24,296 bases of DNA from a virus, in the IMG/VR virus record IMGVR_UViG_3300037245_003526, positions 1-24,296 of that record. One strand, written 5' to 3'. Shown piece by piece: positions 10,501 to 17,377 of the stretch; within the stretch, counting starts at the first letter, position 1; each line of letters opens with the position of its first letter. The notes beneath the pieces were generated by a model. It was not told the origin of the DNA and made no database searches. It saw only the letters and a list, made by a program, of their open reading frames with translations. The position numbers and the translations under genes were made by a program.

Positions 10501-10642
10501 AGATTTTTTCATCAAGATATTTACTTGCTTTTCTAGCTTCTTTATTTGCCCTTTCGGTTACAACTTGCGAAACAGCGCTGATATTTTTAATCCTTTGATC
10601 TCCAGCTTTTAGCGCATCTCTATTATCTATTTTTTTAACCAC
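7514..10642 (-). CDS. tail tape measure protein (1042 aa), GTG start
   Basis: Long, mostly helical protein with Gly/Ala-rich hydrophobic segments (LGGLLITALKAIPAGGLMAALGPALGIAGAAGLGYLIG) typical of tape measure proteins. The start codon is GTG at 10642, preceded by GGAGGG and overlapping the stop of the upstream gene by 1 nt (TAGTG). Confidence 0.75.
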   Translation of the reverse strand: MVKKIDNRDALKAGDQRIKNISAVSQVVTERANKEARKASKYLDEKISNKSSISSIDRVLKNLADATGTLTSGMRHITAETARGVKHISLGGAQAVNEYAKAISEDINVNKQALIVTTVGKISPIVGYATAKMMETVVFKNMISRMKEGLGKALSSVTSRFKSLAGAGWEKLRGVLSFEKKKPKEKIPKMAKGGFVKKGGMAEIHAAEVITPVKNIVATIVDQVNKRTVTKGISNIADRKMFIKEAMDAYKDTMEEVSGKRPALERIADNTFGTRQAVAPIGGAMGFIRTIFANWVARLGPFQRFFIYGLRTLQKMVMTPFRFLFRRRGGPLRPTGSMVRDMMASSFSQQNLLAEYLPAIARNTSDAVNALVGILAYTSGKTMSRQGIERKESWSIAGRVAALAYKGTIGLAGKGIGALAQKVLPEEMARQLTRRRTMASELEETKEAWGERGKRAGAAGRGLLGRIGWKGKPAAEETIEAEYTEKKQRKLFPAARPGRIPQKVYKKIDTIIDLLRKQNRTADKSHRYLRRRGRKTADTTSFLMRLVMPIMGMVLPMLMKFKGIGGGLFELLGRGAKGLGGLLITALKAIPAGGLMAALGPALGIAGAAGLGYLIGKPIGDAIVKSREKEWGKEKFIREKADIGLRAATVTRVRTMQAARGPVEEKVKAAHEERIHRGIASLQKKRQKHIGESDQDTINSINIGQRTFMQEHMDEYARYGFVTVNAARLNFMRQKRDIGIYRGKDPHGYGMRREQTFFKYLVKINEGKIKSEEKLYAEVGGNEFRERERQARVQLSEQAKRKITSVLVTTGAMTEKVTAYLPFPINLLGMLTNTVLMNFPDDIIRASEMVLTSGKYTKNSIGTGIWKAAELVKKNKSKILAWKDIKEKAQSSGVATLEQMNKAYSKFAAGGFAGMTSTAKGGIDKVTAAMIEKKNILTKKGYLPTMPEAKERLSKFHMDKKSLAAMGVNKDMAIFKQLTEGFDKLSGAVISGSQAASSVVTSFVDSSQKTAQVSNGGGTGGLSGPRPYYDEAVDSILRGRLT

Positions 10643-11586
10643 TATCTAATCCCTCCAAAAGCTTTGTAAATATTTGACATCTTTCCTGGATTAACAAGTT
10701 CTGAATACATACAAATTACTTCACTTGGATAAATTAATTCTTGAATGCATAAGCTTTTATCATTTTTAACTTTTAAACCTTCTTTATATGCGTCCTTCAT
10801 AGGTCTATATATTTGTATAAAATTTCGTATTGAAGAAATAAATCCATCTAAATTTATAAAATATAATTTAATCATAGTCATATATTGTATTAATAATTCC
10901 TGAAATTTATCAAACTCTAAACCAGTTCTGTTATTAAATAATCTAACTAATAAGTCTGTGTATTTTGTAATTGATGAATTTAAACTACCTACTGATGTAT
11001 TTTTATATTCAAATTCCTTAAATAAAAATGAATAAAAAATTTTCACTTCTTTATTAATATCCCCTGAAATATCGAACAATTTCTTAAAAAATGTTGAATA
11101 ATATAACGTTAATTCTTTGTCAAATATTCTTTGATATCTTTTCTTCAAGTGCGTAGAAGCCATATGCATAGATTCATGTACTAAAAGTCCAGCTAATAAT
11201 TTATTAGATGCAAAACCAAAAGACATATTATTATCCATTAATAAAAATATTTGATCTGCTTTTGTTGTATAAAATCCCATTATACTTTTAGAACCCATAG
11301 GAGCAAAAATCTTAAATATTGATAAAGAAAATATTCCTTTATTTAACCATGCTGGAACCACTTTATTATTATCTACAAGACTTCTAATTTTGTCTGAAAT
11401 TTTATTAGTTCTTTTATCTTTTACCATAGCTAAACAAAAACGATCTTTAAGACCTTGAGATGTGTATATTTTCATTCCATCTATATTAGCTACATGATAT
11501 GTATTCCAAGGAACAGTCCATATCTCCTCGATATATTGTTTATTACAATTATCAATAAACTCTTTGGTTAAAACATTATCATTCAT
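10642..11586 (-). CDS. hypothetical protein with an HExxH zinc-metallopeptidase-like motif (314 aa)
   Basis: LLVHESMHMASTHL contains HExxH. A Glu about 24 residues downstream (DKELT) could act as a third ligand. AAGGAG Shine-Dalgarno. Translationally coupled to the tape measure gene. Confidence 0.55.
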   Translation of the reverse strand: MNDNVLTKEFIDNCNKQYIEEIWTVPWNTYHVANIDGMKIYTSQGLKDRFCLAMVKDKRTNKISDKIRSLVDNNKVVPAWLNKGIFSLSIFKIFAPMGSKSIMGFYTTKADQIFLLMDNNMSFGFASNKLLAGLLVHESMHMASTHLKKRYQRIFDKELTLYYSTFFKKLFDISGDINKEVKIFYSFLFKEFEYKNTSVGSLNSSITKYTDLLVRLFNNRTGLEFDKFQELLIQYMTMIKLYFINLDGFISSIRNFIQIYRPMKDAYKEGLKVKNDKSLCIQELIYPSEVICMYSELVNPGKMSNIYKAFGGIR

Positions 11587-11597
11587 TTAATAACTCC

Positions 11598-13247
11598 TTA
11601 ACGAGAATCAAGTCCAAAAAATTCTAAAGTATTTATAAATCCTTTAGCTGAATCATCCCCTTCTCTTTGTGCTTTCTTAACCTGTGTAAGTATTGCTTCA
11701 TTGGTAATTCCTGTTGGTGTATCATCATTTAAACTCATAATATCTTTAAATAGACCTTCATATTTATTAGTAGTTCCTACCATAAGAGGTGGATCATATT
11801 TACGAACAAAAAATGCTAAAGCAGTTGCAAGTGCTAAGTCATCGTGACATCCAATATCCGCTTCTACTCTTCCAGATGGTTTACTTATAAGACCAATTAA
11901 TTCTAATACAAGTCTTTGAGATTTGACACATTCTGGAAACTCAGTAATTAATGAATATAGAGCATCAATCATTAATGGTCGTGATCTTCCTGTAGTCTGA
12001 AGTCCATTAATCTTTTTAGTTGATCTAGTTTCTCTATATACCATATGTCTGAATTCACTATTACACATTTCTTCTACTACTTGGTTTCCATATGAATTTG
12101 ATTCTATAACAAGGAGACCAGGATATTGAGCAGCTACAACTTTTACTACTTTAACAAAATCTAATACTTTACATTTACCTTGGTATTCAAAAACTTGCTC
12201 TAAATTTACATAATCCCAAACAGTAATCGCCGACTTATCATCCCCGTGTTCCGGAGCCGTATCAATTCCTGCTATGTAAAATACATCTTCAACTGGTTTA
12301 CTAAATCTCCATGCTTCACCATTAAATAACTTAATTTTTTCAATGATTGGTTCTTGAATATCTTGTAATACTTGATTAGTTTTTTCATCAAAGAATGATC
12401 CAGAAGTTGCTAGAAATTTCAGTTCTAACTCCTGTTGAATTTTCTTTGAATCATGTTCAAATAGTTGGCATTGTGTATTATACCATTCAGGATCATCAGC
12501 TAATTCTGAAACATCTTTCCAATGAATTACGAAATCTTTAAAAATATCATCTCCACCTATTGCTCTTTGATATTTTTCATAAAACCATTTTCCAGGACCA
12601 ACAGTTTTATTTGGAGTAGAAAGAATTACTGTTCCATAAGGTACATCTTTCTTTCTTGCATGCATCTGATTTGTTGATAATGCTGAAACCATACTTGTCC
12701 ATGCCTCATCAAGAAACTTGATAAAAGCTGCCTCATCAATTACTAAGAATGTAATTGCTTTACCACGAAGAGTTTTTTCTGGAGCATTTGGATTGACAGG
12801 TGATGCATATACTTTTGAACCATTTGTTAGTATAAAAGACTGTTCAGTTTTCTTATCAAATTTAATATTAAACCATTCAGGAATCTTTTCAATCATTGAT
12901 CTAATTGCTCTAGCAAAGTCAGTTGCTTCCTTACCATCTTTTGAAATAATACCTATTACAACATTATCAAAGAATATACTTAACCAAACTGAATATGCTT
13001 GAATTATTGTTGAGATTCCTATCTGTCTTGACTTTAATACTAATACATAATGTAATTCATTTATAGTTCGTACTAGTCTAGATTGTGGTTCATATGGTTG
13101 TAATAGTACATCTTCACCTGGCATTTCAATGAAAATATATCTTGAACAAAAATAGTCAAATGAGTTCTTACATTCCATATATTCAAGTAATCGCTTCTGC
13201 GCTAAATCTTTCAGTTTTTCATTTTTTTCGTCATATTTTGCAACCAT
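11598..13247 (-). CDS. terL: terminase large subunit (549 aa)
   Basis: Walker A-like LVLKSRQIGISTI and Walker B ITFLVIDEAAF in the N-terminal ATPase domain. C-terminal RNase-H-like nuclease domain (YIAGIDTA...HDD). Size and domain order are typical of TerL. AAAGGAG Shine-Dalgarno. Confidence 0.85.
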   Translation of the reverse strand: MVAKYDEKNEKLKDLAQKRLLEYMECKNSFDYFCSRYIFIEMPGEDVLLQPYEPQSRLVRTINELHYVLVLKSRQIGISTIIQAYSVWLSIFFDNVVIGIISKDGKEATDFARAIRSMIEKIPEWFNIKFDKKTEQSFILTNGSKVYASPVNPNAPEKTLRGKAITFLVIDEAAFIKFLDEAWTSMVSALSTNQMHARKKDVPYGTVILSTPNKTVGPGKWFYEKYQRAIGGDDIFKDFVIHWKDVSELADDPEWYNTQCQLFEHDSKKIQQELELKFLATSGSFFDEKTNQVLQDIQEPIIEKIKLFNGEAWRFSKPVEDVFYIAGIDTAPEHGDDKSAITVWDYVNLEQVFEYQGKCKVLDFVKVVKVVAAQYPGLLVIESNSYGNQVVEEMCNSEFRHMVYRETRSTKKINGLQTTGRSRPLMIDALYSLITEFPECVKSQRLVLELIGLISKPSGRVEADIGCHDDLALATALAFFVRKYDPPLMVGTTNKYEGLFKDIMSLNDDTPTGITNEAILTQVKKAQREGDDSAKGFINTLEFFGLDSR

Positions 13248-13312
13248 ATAGGCGCTCCTTTTATATTTTGTTCTAGTAAAATTCCAATCAGTTTAAAAAA
13301 ATCTTACTATAT

Positions 13313-13341
13313 ATATAACTAAGTGAAAGATATGTTTGCAA
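13313..13341 (-). promoter_or_regulatory. candidate sigma-A-type promoter for terL (TTGCAA, 17 nt, TTATAT read on the - strand)
   Basis: The -35/-10 pair has a 17-nt spacer and lies about 70 nt upstream of the terL start, inside a 492-nt intergenic region. Confidence 0.25.
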
Positions 13342-13393
13342 GTTTGTTTATATCTTTTGTAGTTTTATATTAATCCTAAAAAGGGGTCGACAC

Positions 13394-13507
13394 ATGATTA
13401 TTCTTTTGAAGGAAATTGGCTATTGTGCAGGGATGATTTCATCAGTTTTTGTTAATGCTAAGAAGCAGGAGACTTCTCATTATGACTACAATTGGACTAT
13501 GTTGTGA
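13394..13507 (+). CDS. possible small hydrophobic peptide (37 aa, MIILLKEIGYCAGMISSVFVNAKKQETSHYDYNWTML)
   Basis: AAAGGGG Shine-Dalgarno 7 nt before the ATG. The hydrophobic N-terminal half could be a transmembrane helix. It lies on the opposite strand to all of its neighbours. Confidence 0.2.
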   Translation: MIILLKEIGYCAGMISSVFVNAKKQETSHYDYNWTML

Positions 13508-13586
13508 CAAAAATGATTTACAACCTAAGGGAGGTGTTATTTTCGTTTTAGAAGAAAATAAGATTAAAAAAACTTTAACCACGGAT

Positions 13587-13669
13587 TCACTGGATTGCAA
13601 TAGGTTAAGTAAAAACATCTTATTTTTAGCGGGATCAAGCTTATTATTTAACCTATTGCAATCCAGTGA
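13587..13669. repeat. perfect 22-bp inverted repeat (TCACTGGATTGCAATAGGTTAA / TTAACCTATTGCAATCCAGTGA) separated by 39 nt
   Basis: Read directly: left arm 13587-13608, right arm 13648-13669. It is the longest perfect palindromic element in the window, and lies in the intergenic region upstream of terL. Confidence 0.8.
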
Positions 13670-13739
13670 GTTTAGCTTAAATTTAATTATAAACAGAAAT
13701 GAGATATTCCCAATTCTGGGATATTTTATTGTACAAATT

Positions 13740-14972
13740 TTATACTGTTCTATTTGTTTTAACAAGCTCTAAAGCAGCAGTTGCTTCCCATCCTGCCTCA
13801 GTTCTATGTAATTTAATGTCAGTAGAAAGTAATATATATTTTTTTCCAATTGGTTTATGCTCTAAGGTTTTTATACCTAATAATATTGAAGCACCTACAT
13901 TTAATAATGGTTCAATTAAAATATTTTTTTCTATGTTAATTCTAGATCTTGTCATATCATAAATACTTTTAGCCATCATTGATTTAGCAAATACTTCTGA
14001 TTCACCAAATCCTCCATGAGCAATATAATAACGAATTCTTTCTAAATCTTTATGAATAGGAATTTCACTTCCATCACTGCATCCATTTTCTTGAGAAATA
14101 GTTTCTAAATCAAGTTCAATTGTTTCACTTAATTTATCGTCAGGAAGAACTATATGTTTTAAAGTTTTTCCATAATAACTAAATTTAGCATTACCTGTAT
14201 AAGAAGTGTGAATATTATCATATGTTAAAACTTTACTTTTATCTTCTTCTTTAAGTACTGGATTATCACTAGTAGTCATATGCTCTATAATCATTGATGG
14301 TTGTTTTAATATTTCTTCTGCTAAATTTCTTATAAAAATAGTATTATCATATCTACAAAATATTCCAGAGACACCCTCAAAAATACCAAATGTACTATCT
14401 ATATAATTGATAGCATCGTAAAGTGTTGTTGGTGGAATACATACTTGTTTTATAATATCTATACTATCTCCAGTTCCCCATTCAGTTTCCTCTACATTAG
14501 GAGCATATGTACTTATCATGTCGTCTATAATTTGTTTAGGAGTCATGGGACTCATATGAACTCCATAAACTTTATTTACCATAGTAGTCATCGTAATAAA
14601 TGGTATTCTAGTAACAGTTTGAATTCTCATAATAGTTCGATCTTCTTGACTTCCTGTTGCCATCTCAGTAGTCACGGGTACTTCAAATTCTGAAGAAATC
14701 ATAAGAAGATCAAGTTCAGTATTTTCTTTAATAGTTTCATCTTGACCCAATAAATCCAACTTCAAAGTAATTGTATCTTGACCATATAATTTATCTTTGA
14801 TTATTACGTGAGGTGGAATAAAAATTTCTAGAGTGACAGCGGTCCATGCTGATACTAATGAAGTCTCTATTCGAATTTCTTCAAGAAATTTAGAGTATAA
14901 TGTATCTTGATTATTATTAATAGAAAGAGTTATATCATAACTCCTAGTTGGTTGAAGTAATTTATCTACCAA
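13740..14972 (-). CDS. hypothetical protein (410 aa), probably structural; TTG start
   Basis: The only possible in-frame start is TTG at 14972, preceded by AGGAGGTTTAAA. There is a stop immediately upstream. No motif recognised. Confidence 0.5.
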   Translation of the reverse strand: MVDKLLQPTRSYDITLSINNNQDTLYSKFLEEIRIETSLVSAWTAVTLEIFIPPHVIIKDKLYGQDTITLKLDLLGQDETIKENTELDLLMISSEFEVPVTTEMATGSQEDRTIMRIQTVTRIPFITMTTMVNKVYGVHMSPMTPKQIIDDMISTYAPNVEETEWGTGDSIDIIKQVCIPPTTLYDAINYIDSTFGIFEGVSGIFCRYDNTIFIRNLAEEILKQPSMIIEHMTTSDNPVLKEEDKSKVLTYDNIHTSYTGNAKFSYYGKTLKHIVLPDDKLSETIELDLETISQENGCSDGSEIPIHKDLERIRYYIAHGGFGESEVFAKSMMAKSIYDMTRSRINIEKNILIEPLLNVGASILLGIKTLEHKPIGKKYILLSTDIKLHRTEAGWEATAALELVKTNRTV

Positions 14973-15168
14973 TTTTTAAACCTCCTAAGTTAGGTCCGCT
15001 AAAATTACTAGCTATTTCAGCAGCACATTCCATCTGATTTTTTTTAGATCCAGCAACACTAATAGTACGATCTTTAAAATCAAAATCATCAATTTTGCAA
15101 CCATGTTTTTCCAAAATAATACTAATAATACTTAGAAAAAATGATTCTACATCTAGTGGTTTGTTCAT
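14962..15168 (-). CDS. hypothetical small protein (68 aa)
   Basis: ATG with AAAGGAAA Shine-Dalgarno. Overlaps the start of the following gene by 11 nt. Confidence 0.4.
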   Translation of the reverse strand: MNKPLDVESFFLSIISIILEKHGCKIDDFDFKDRTISVAGSKKNQMECAAEIASNFSGPNLGGLKIGR

Positions 15169-15180
15169 AATATTTCCTTT

Positions 15181-15240
15181 ATTTTTTGTTCCAAAAAAAA
15201 GACAAAAAAAAATAAGAAGCTAAATACACTCCTTATTTTT
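15181..15240 (-). terminator. weak AT-rich hairpin plus U-tract, a possible intrinsic terminator on the - strand
   Basis: AAAAATAAG / CTTATTTTT 9-bp stem (15208-15240). On the - strand it is followed by TTTTGTCTTTTTTTTGG. The stem is almost all A-T, so it is weak. Confidence 0.3.
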
Positions 15241-15247
15241 TTCAACA

Positions 15248-15541
15248 TTAAGTTGTCATAGAAAATCTAGTCAATGAGTGGAGATTTTCAATTGTTTTTC
15301 CCATTATTTCAGAAAGTTTAATATTTAAAAAATCATCCTTTATAAGTTCCTTTTTTTGCTCCTCTGATAATTTTGCCTCATCAATTTTAGCTTCTAAAGA
15401 CCATGTATCGAATGGGATTAATATTTCCTCTTTATCAAATATCACTCTAATATCACATTCAAGACCAAATGTTAATTTTTCAGAATATCCATACATTCCG
15501 TTTGTTGTTTCTTCAGCAAAACATTCTATTTGTAACTTCAT
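15248..15541 (-). CDS. hypothetical protein (97 aa)
   Basis: AGGAGGGG Shine-Dalgarno 4 nt before the ATG. Confidence 0.5.
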   Translation of the reverse strand: MKLQIECFAEETTNGMYGYSEKLTFGLECDIRVIFDKEEILIPFDTWSLEAKIDEAKLSEEQKKELIKDDFLNIKLSEIMGKTIENLHSLTRFSMTT

Positions 15542-15550
15542 AATCCCCTC

Positions 15551-15718
15551 CTAATCTAAATCTTCTGGATTTGCTCCATACTCAACAAGAACTTTTTTCA
15601 CTGATGACATACTAACATTTGATGTTTCAGATATACATTCACAATCTATTTCATTATAAATATCTTTTAACATCCTTCTAACTAATTTATTTAGTTCATT
15701 AGGAAGGCGGTTTTCCAT
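15551..15718 (-). CDS. small protein with a helix-turn-helix-like segment (55 aa, MENRLPNELNKLVRRMLKDIYNEIDCECISETSNVSMSSVKKVLVEYGANPEDLD)
   Basis: Not in the supplied ORF track. GGAGG then TTTAAAT then ATG. ISETSNVSMSSVKKVL fits the classic HTH pattern (I.e..g.S...V.r.L). About 9 nt separate it from the next gene. Confidence 0.4.
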   Translation of the reverse strand: MENRLPNELNKLVRRMLKDIYNEIDCECISETSNVSMSSVKKVLVEYGANPEDLD

Positions 15719-15839
15719 ATTTAAACCTCCTATCGACTACATTACTTTTTCTCCTTTCCTTATCAGCAAGATAGTCCCATTTAAATGGATCTTTAGGATT
15801 TCGTCTATCAGTTTGACCTTCTCTTCTTTCTGGTTGCAT
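15708..15839 (-). CDS. possible small basic protein (43 aa, MQPERREGQTDRRNPKDPFKWDYLADKERRKSNVVDRRFKYGKPPS)
   Basis: Not in the ORF track. AAGGGG then TTTAAAT then ATG, immediately after the ligase stop. Its last 11 nt overlap the next small ORF. Confidence 0.25.
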
Positions 15840-15850
15840 ATTTAAACCCC

Positions 15851-17047
15851 TTATTCATAATTTCTAACTGCTTCTCCTACAGGTTGTTGAGGAACCATAT
15901 CATCACTATATTCAGCAAATTTTACAGTTAATGGTTCTCCTATATAACTATTAAGATTACGATACATTTCTTGACGTTTTTCAACTGTACCTTTAGGACG
16001 AACATCAAATGTTAATCCTCCTTCAGTAACACATCTGAATACTATACATCCTTCATCAGTGCCTGTTCCTTCTTTTCCTCCAACGATATCAAATTCAGCA
16101 GTTTTAAATCCCTTAACTTTTTCAAGATCCTTAGAGTTATACTCAAACATATAGTGACCATCTTTGTTTCTTAACATTCCTCCTTCGAATCCCATAGAAA
16201 CCCATTTATCATGCCGAAGTTTTGCTTCTTTATATGAATTGACAGTTATGGTTTTTACCAGACGAATAGTTGGGGATGTACGTTCATTAATCAACATTTC
16301 ATTTAGAATACTAAGTCTTTCAGAAAAATGTAAAGTAGTATTAGGATAATCATAAATCCAATATTCAAGCTTATGTGCATCTGGTTTAAGGTCTTTTGTA
16401 TATGAACCTATCTTTTGTAAAGACCAATCATGATTATATAACTCACCATGAACCATCTCATTAACATTAAGAATATCATTAAGTTTATCAGTGAAATGTT
16501 CAAGAGTATGAAATAAATGACCTCCTCGTGAATGATAACAAATACCTTCTTCCATATCTTCATTTACCGGATGAAGTAAACCTTTATGTATTGCCCATGA
16601 TATATATTCATGGGAATATTGTTTAAATGAAGGTTCGGAAGCATATTTTCTAGCCATGCAACACACTCCATTTAACTTTGGTTGCATATAACATGGAAAT
16701 TTAATCTTACCTTTTTTAACACCTTTAGCTAATTGAGGAAGAATAATCCTTGGAACATAATTTTTTACATCAATTTGAAATTCATAATTAGCATCTCTTT
16801 TTGTATTAAACTCAGAAACCGCCATATTAACTGCTTGTTTAAAAGGAGTTGTTTCATTTGATTTTCCTATGTTCTTTCCTTTTTTAACATGATTAATATT
16901 TTCTCTAATCTTTCCACCTATTTGACCAGATTCCCTAATCAAAAAAGCAGTTTTATCATCCTGTTCCTCAACTTTAACTTTCCATTTTTGAACCTTTCCT
17001 GTTGAACTTATACCAAATAACATTGGTTGTTCAGCTGCTCTATTCAT
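15851..17047 (-). CDS. ATP-dependent polynucleotide ligase (DNA-ligase-like nucleotidyltransferase with a C-terminal OB domain), about 398 aa
   Basis: Motif I-like PKLNGV (a K-x-N-G variant of KxDG). Motif IV/V region FEGGMLRNKDG...EKVKGFK. The C-terminal approximately 80 aa resemble a ligase OB domain with a motif VI-like P..P.....R. The track ORF begins at a TTG at 17077. The ATG at 17047, preceded by AAAGGGGGTCAA, is the more likely start. Confidence 0.6.
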   Translation of the reverse strand: MNRAAEQPMLFGISSTGKVQKWKVKVEEQDDKTAFLIRESGQIGGKIRENINHVKKGKNIGKSNETTPFKQAVNMAVSEFNTKRDANYEFQIDVKNYVPRIILPQLAKGVKKGKIKFPCYMQPKLNGVCCMARKYASEPSFKQYSHEYISWAIHKGLLHPVNEDMEEGICYHSRGGHLFHTLEHFTDKLNDILNVNEMVHGELYNHDWSLQKIGSYTKDLKPDAHKLEYWIYDYPNTTLHFSERLSILNEMLINERTSPTIRLVKTITVNSYKEAKLRHDKWVSMGFEGGMLRNKDGHYMFEYNSKDLEKVKGFKTAEFDIVGGKEGTGTDEGCIVFRCVTEGGLTFDVRPKGTVEKRQEMYRNLNSYIGEPLTVKFAEYSDDMVPQQPVGEAVRNYE

Positions 17048-17361
17048 TTGACCCCCTTTATTTTTTTTACTTTCCAACCAGAAGTTTTAAATTTCTTAAT
17101 AACCTTTTGACATTCTTCATAAACATCACCATGATAATATCTTGCTGCTCCAGTTATATTACTTTTTATAAAAAATTTATTTTTTTGTACATCATAAAGT
17201 AAAGCATCAGTATAAAAATCTATCCTTTTATCTCTAATGTACATCTTAGGTTTAGGTTCAATAGGTAATTCAATCTCTTTTGTAATTATGTATCTCAAAT
17301 TTTCTTTACTACCTACATCCTCTGAATAACATTTAATTTCAATATTACATTTATACAACAT
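17044..17361 (-). CDS. hypothetical protein (105 aa)
   Basis: AGGAGGTG Shine-Dalgarno. Its stop abuts the ligase start. Confidence 0.5.
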   Translation of the reverse strand: MLYKCNIEIKCYSEDVGSKENLRYIITKEIELPIEPKPKMYIRDKRIDFYTDALLYDVQKNKFFIKSNITGAARYYHGDVYEECQKVIKKFKTSGWKVKKIKGVK

Positions 17362-17377
17362 TTATATAAACACCTCC

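Noticed and set aside
13587-13669. Interpreting the 22-bp inverted repeat as a phage attP core or as part of an integration module
   Set aside because: No integrase, excisionase or repressor gene is anywhere in the window, and the palindrome does not resemble a tRNA 3' end, so a regulatory or packaging role is more plausible.
13442-13772. Mirror-image 107-aa ORFs on both strands (13442-13765 on the - strand, 13449-13772 on the + strand) and an 87-aa ORF at 13699-13962
   Set aside because: Both strands being open over the same AT-rich stretch, low-complexity translations and no Shine-Dalgarno indicate non-coding intergenic DNA. The region holds the inverted repeat and promoter-like elements instead.
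15851-17077. Using the track's start (17077) for the ligase
   Set aside because: That start codon is TTG with no Shine-Dalgarno and overlaps the upstream gene by 34 nt. An ATG at 17047 with AAAGGGGG 4 nt upstream is far more convincing.
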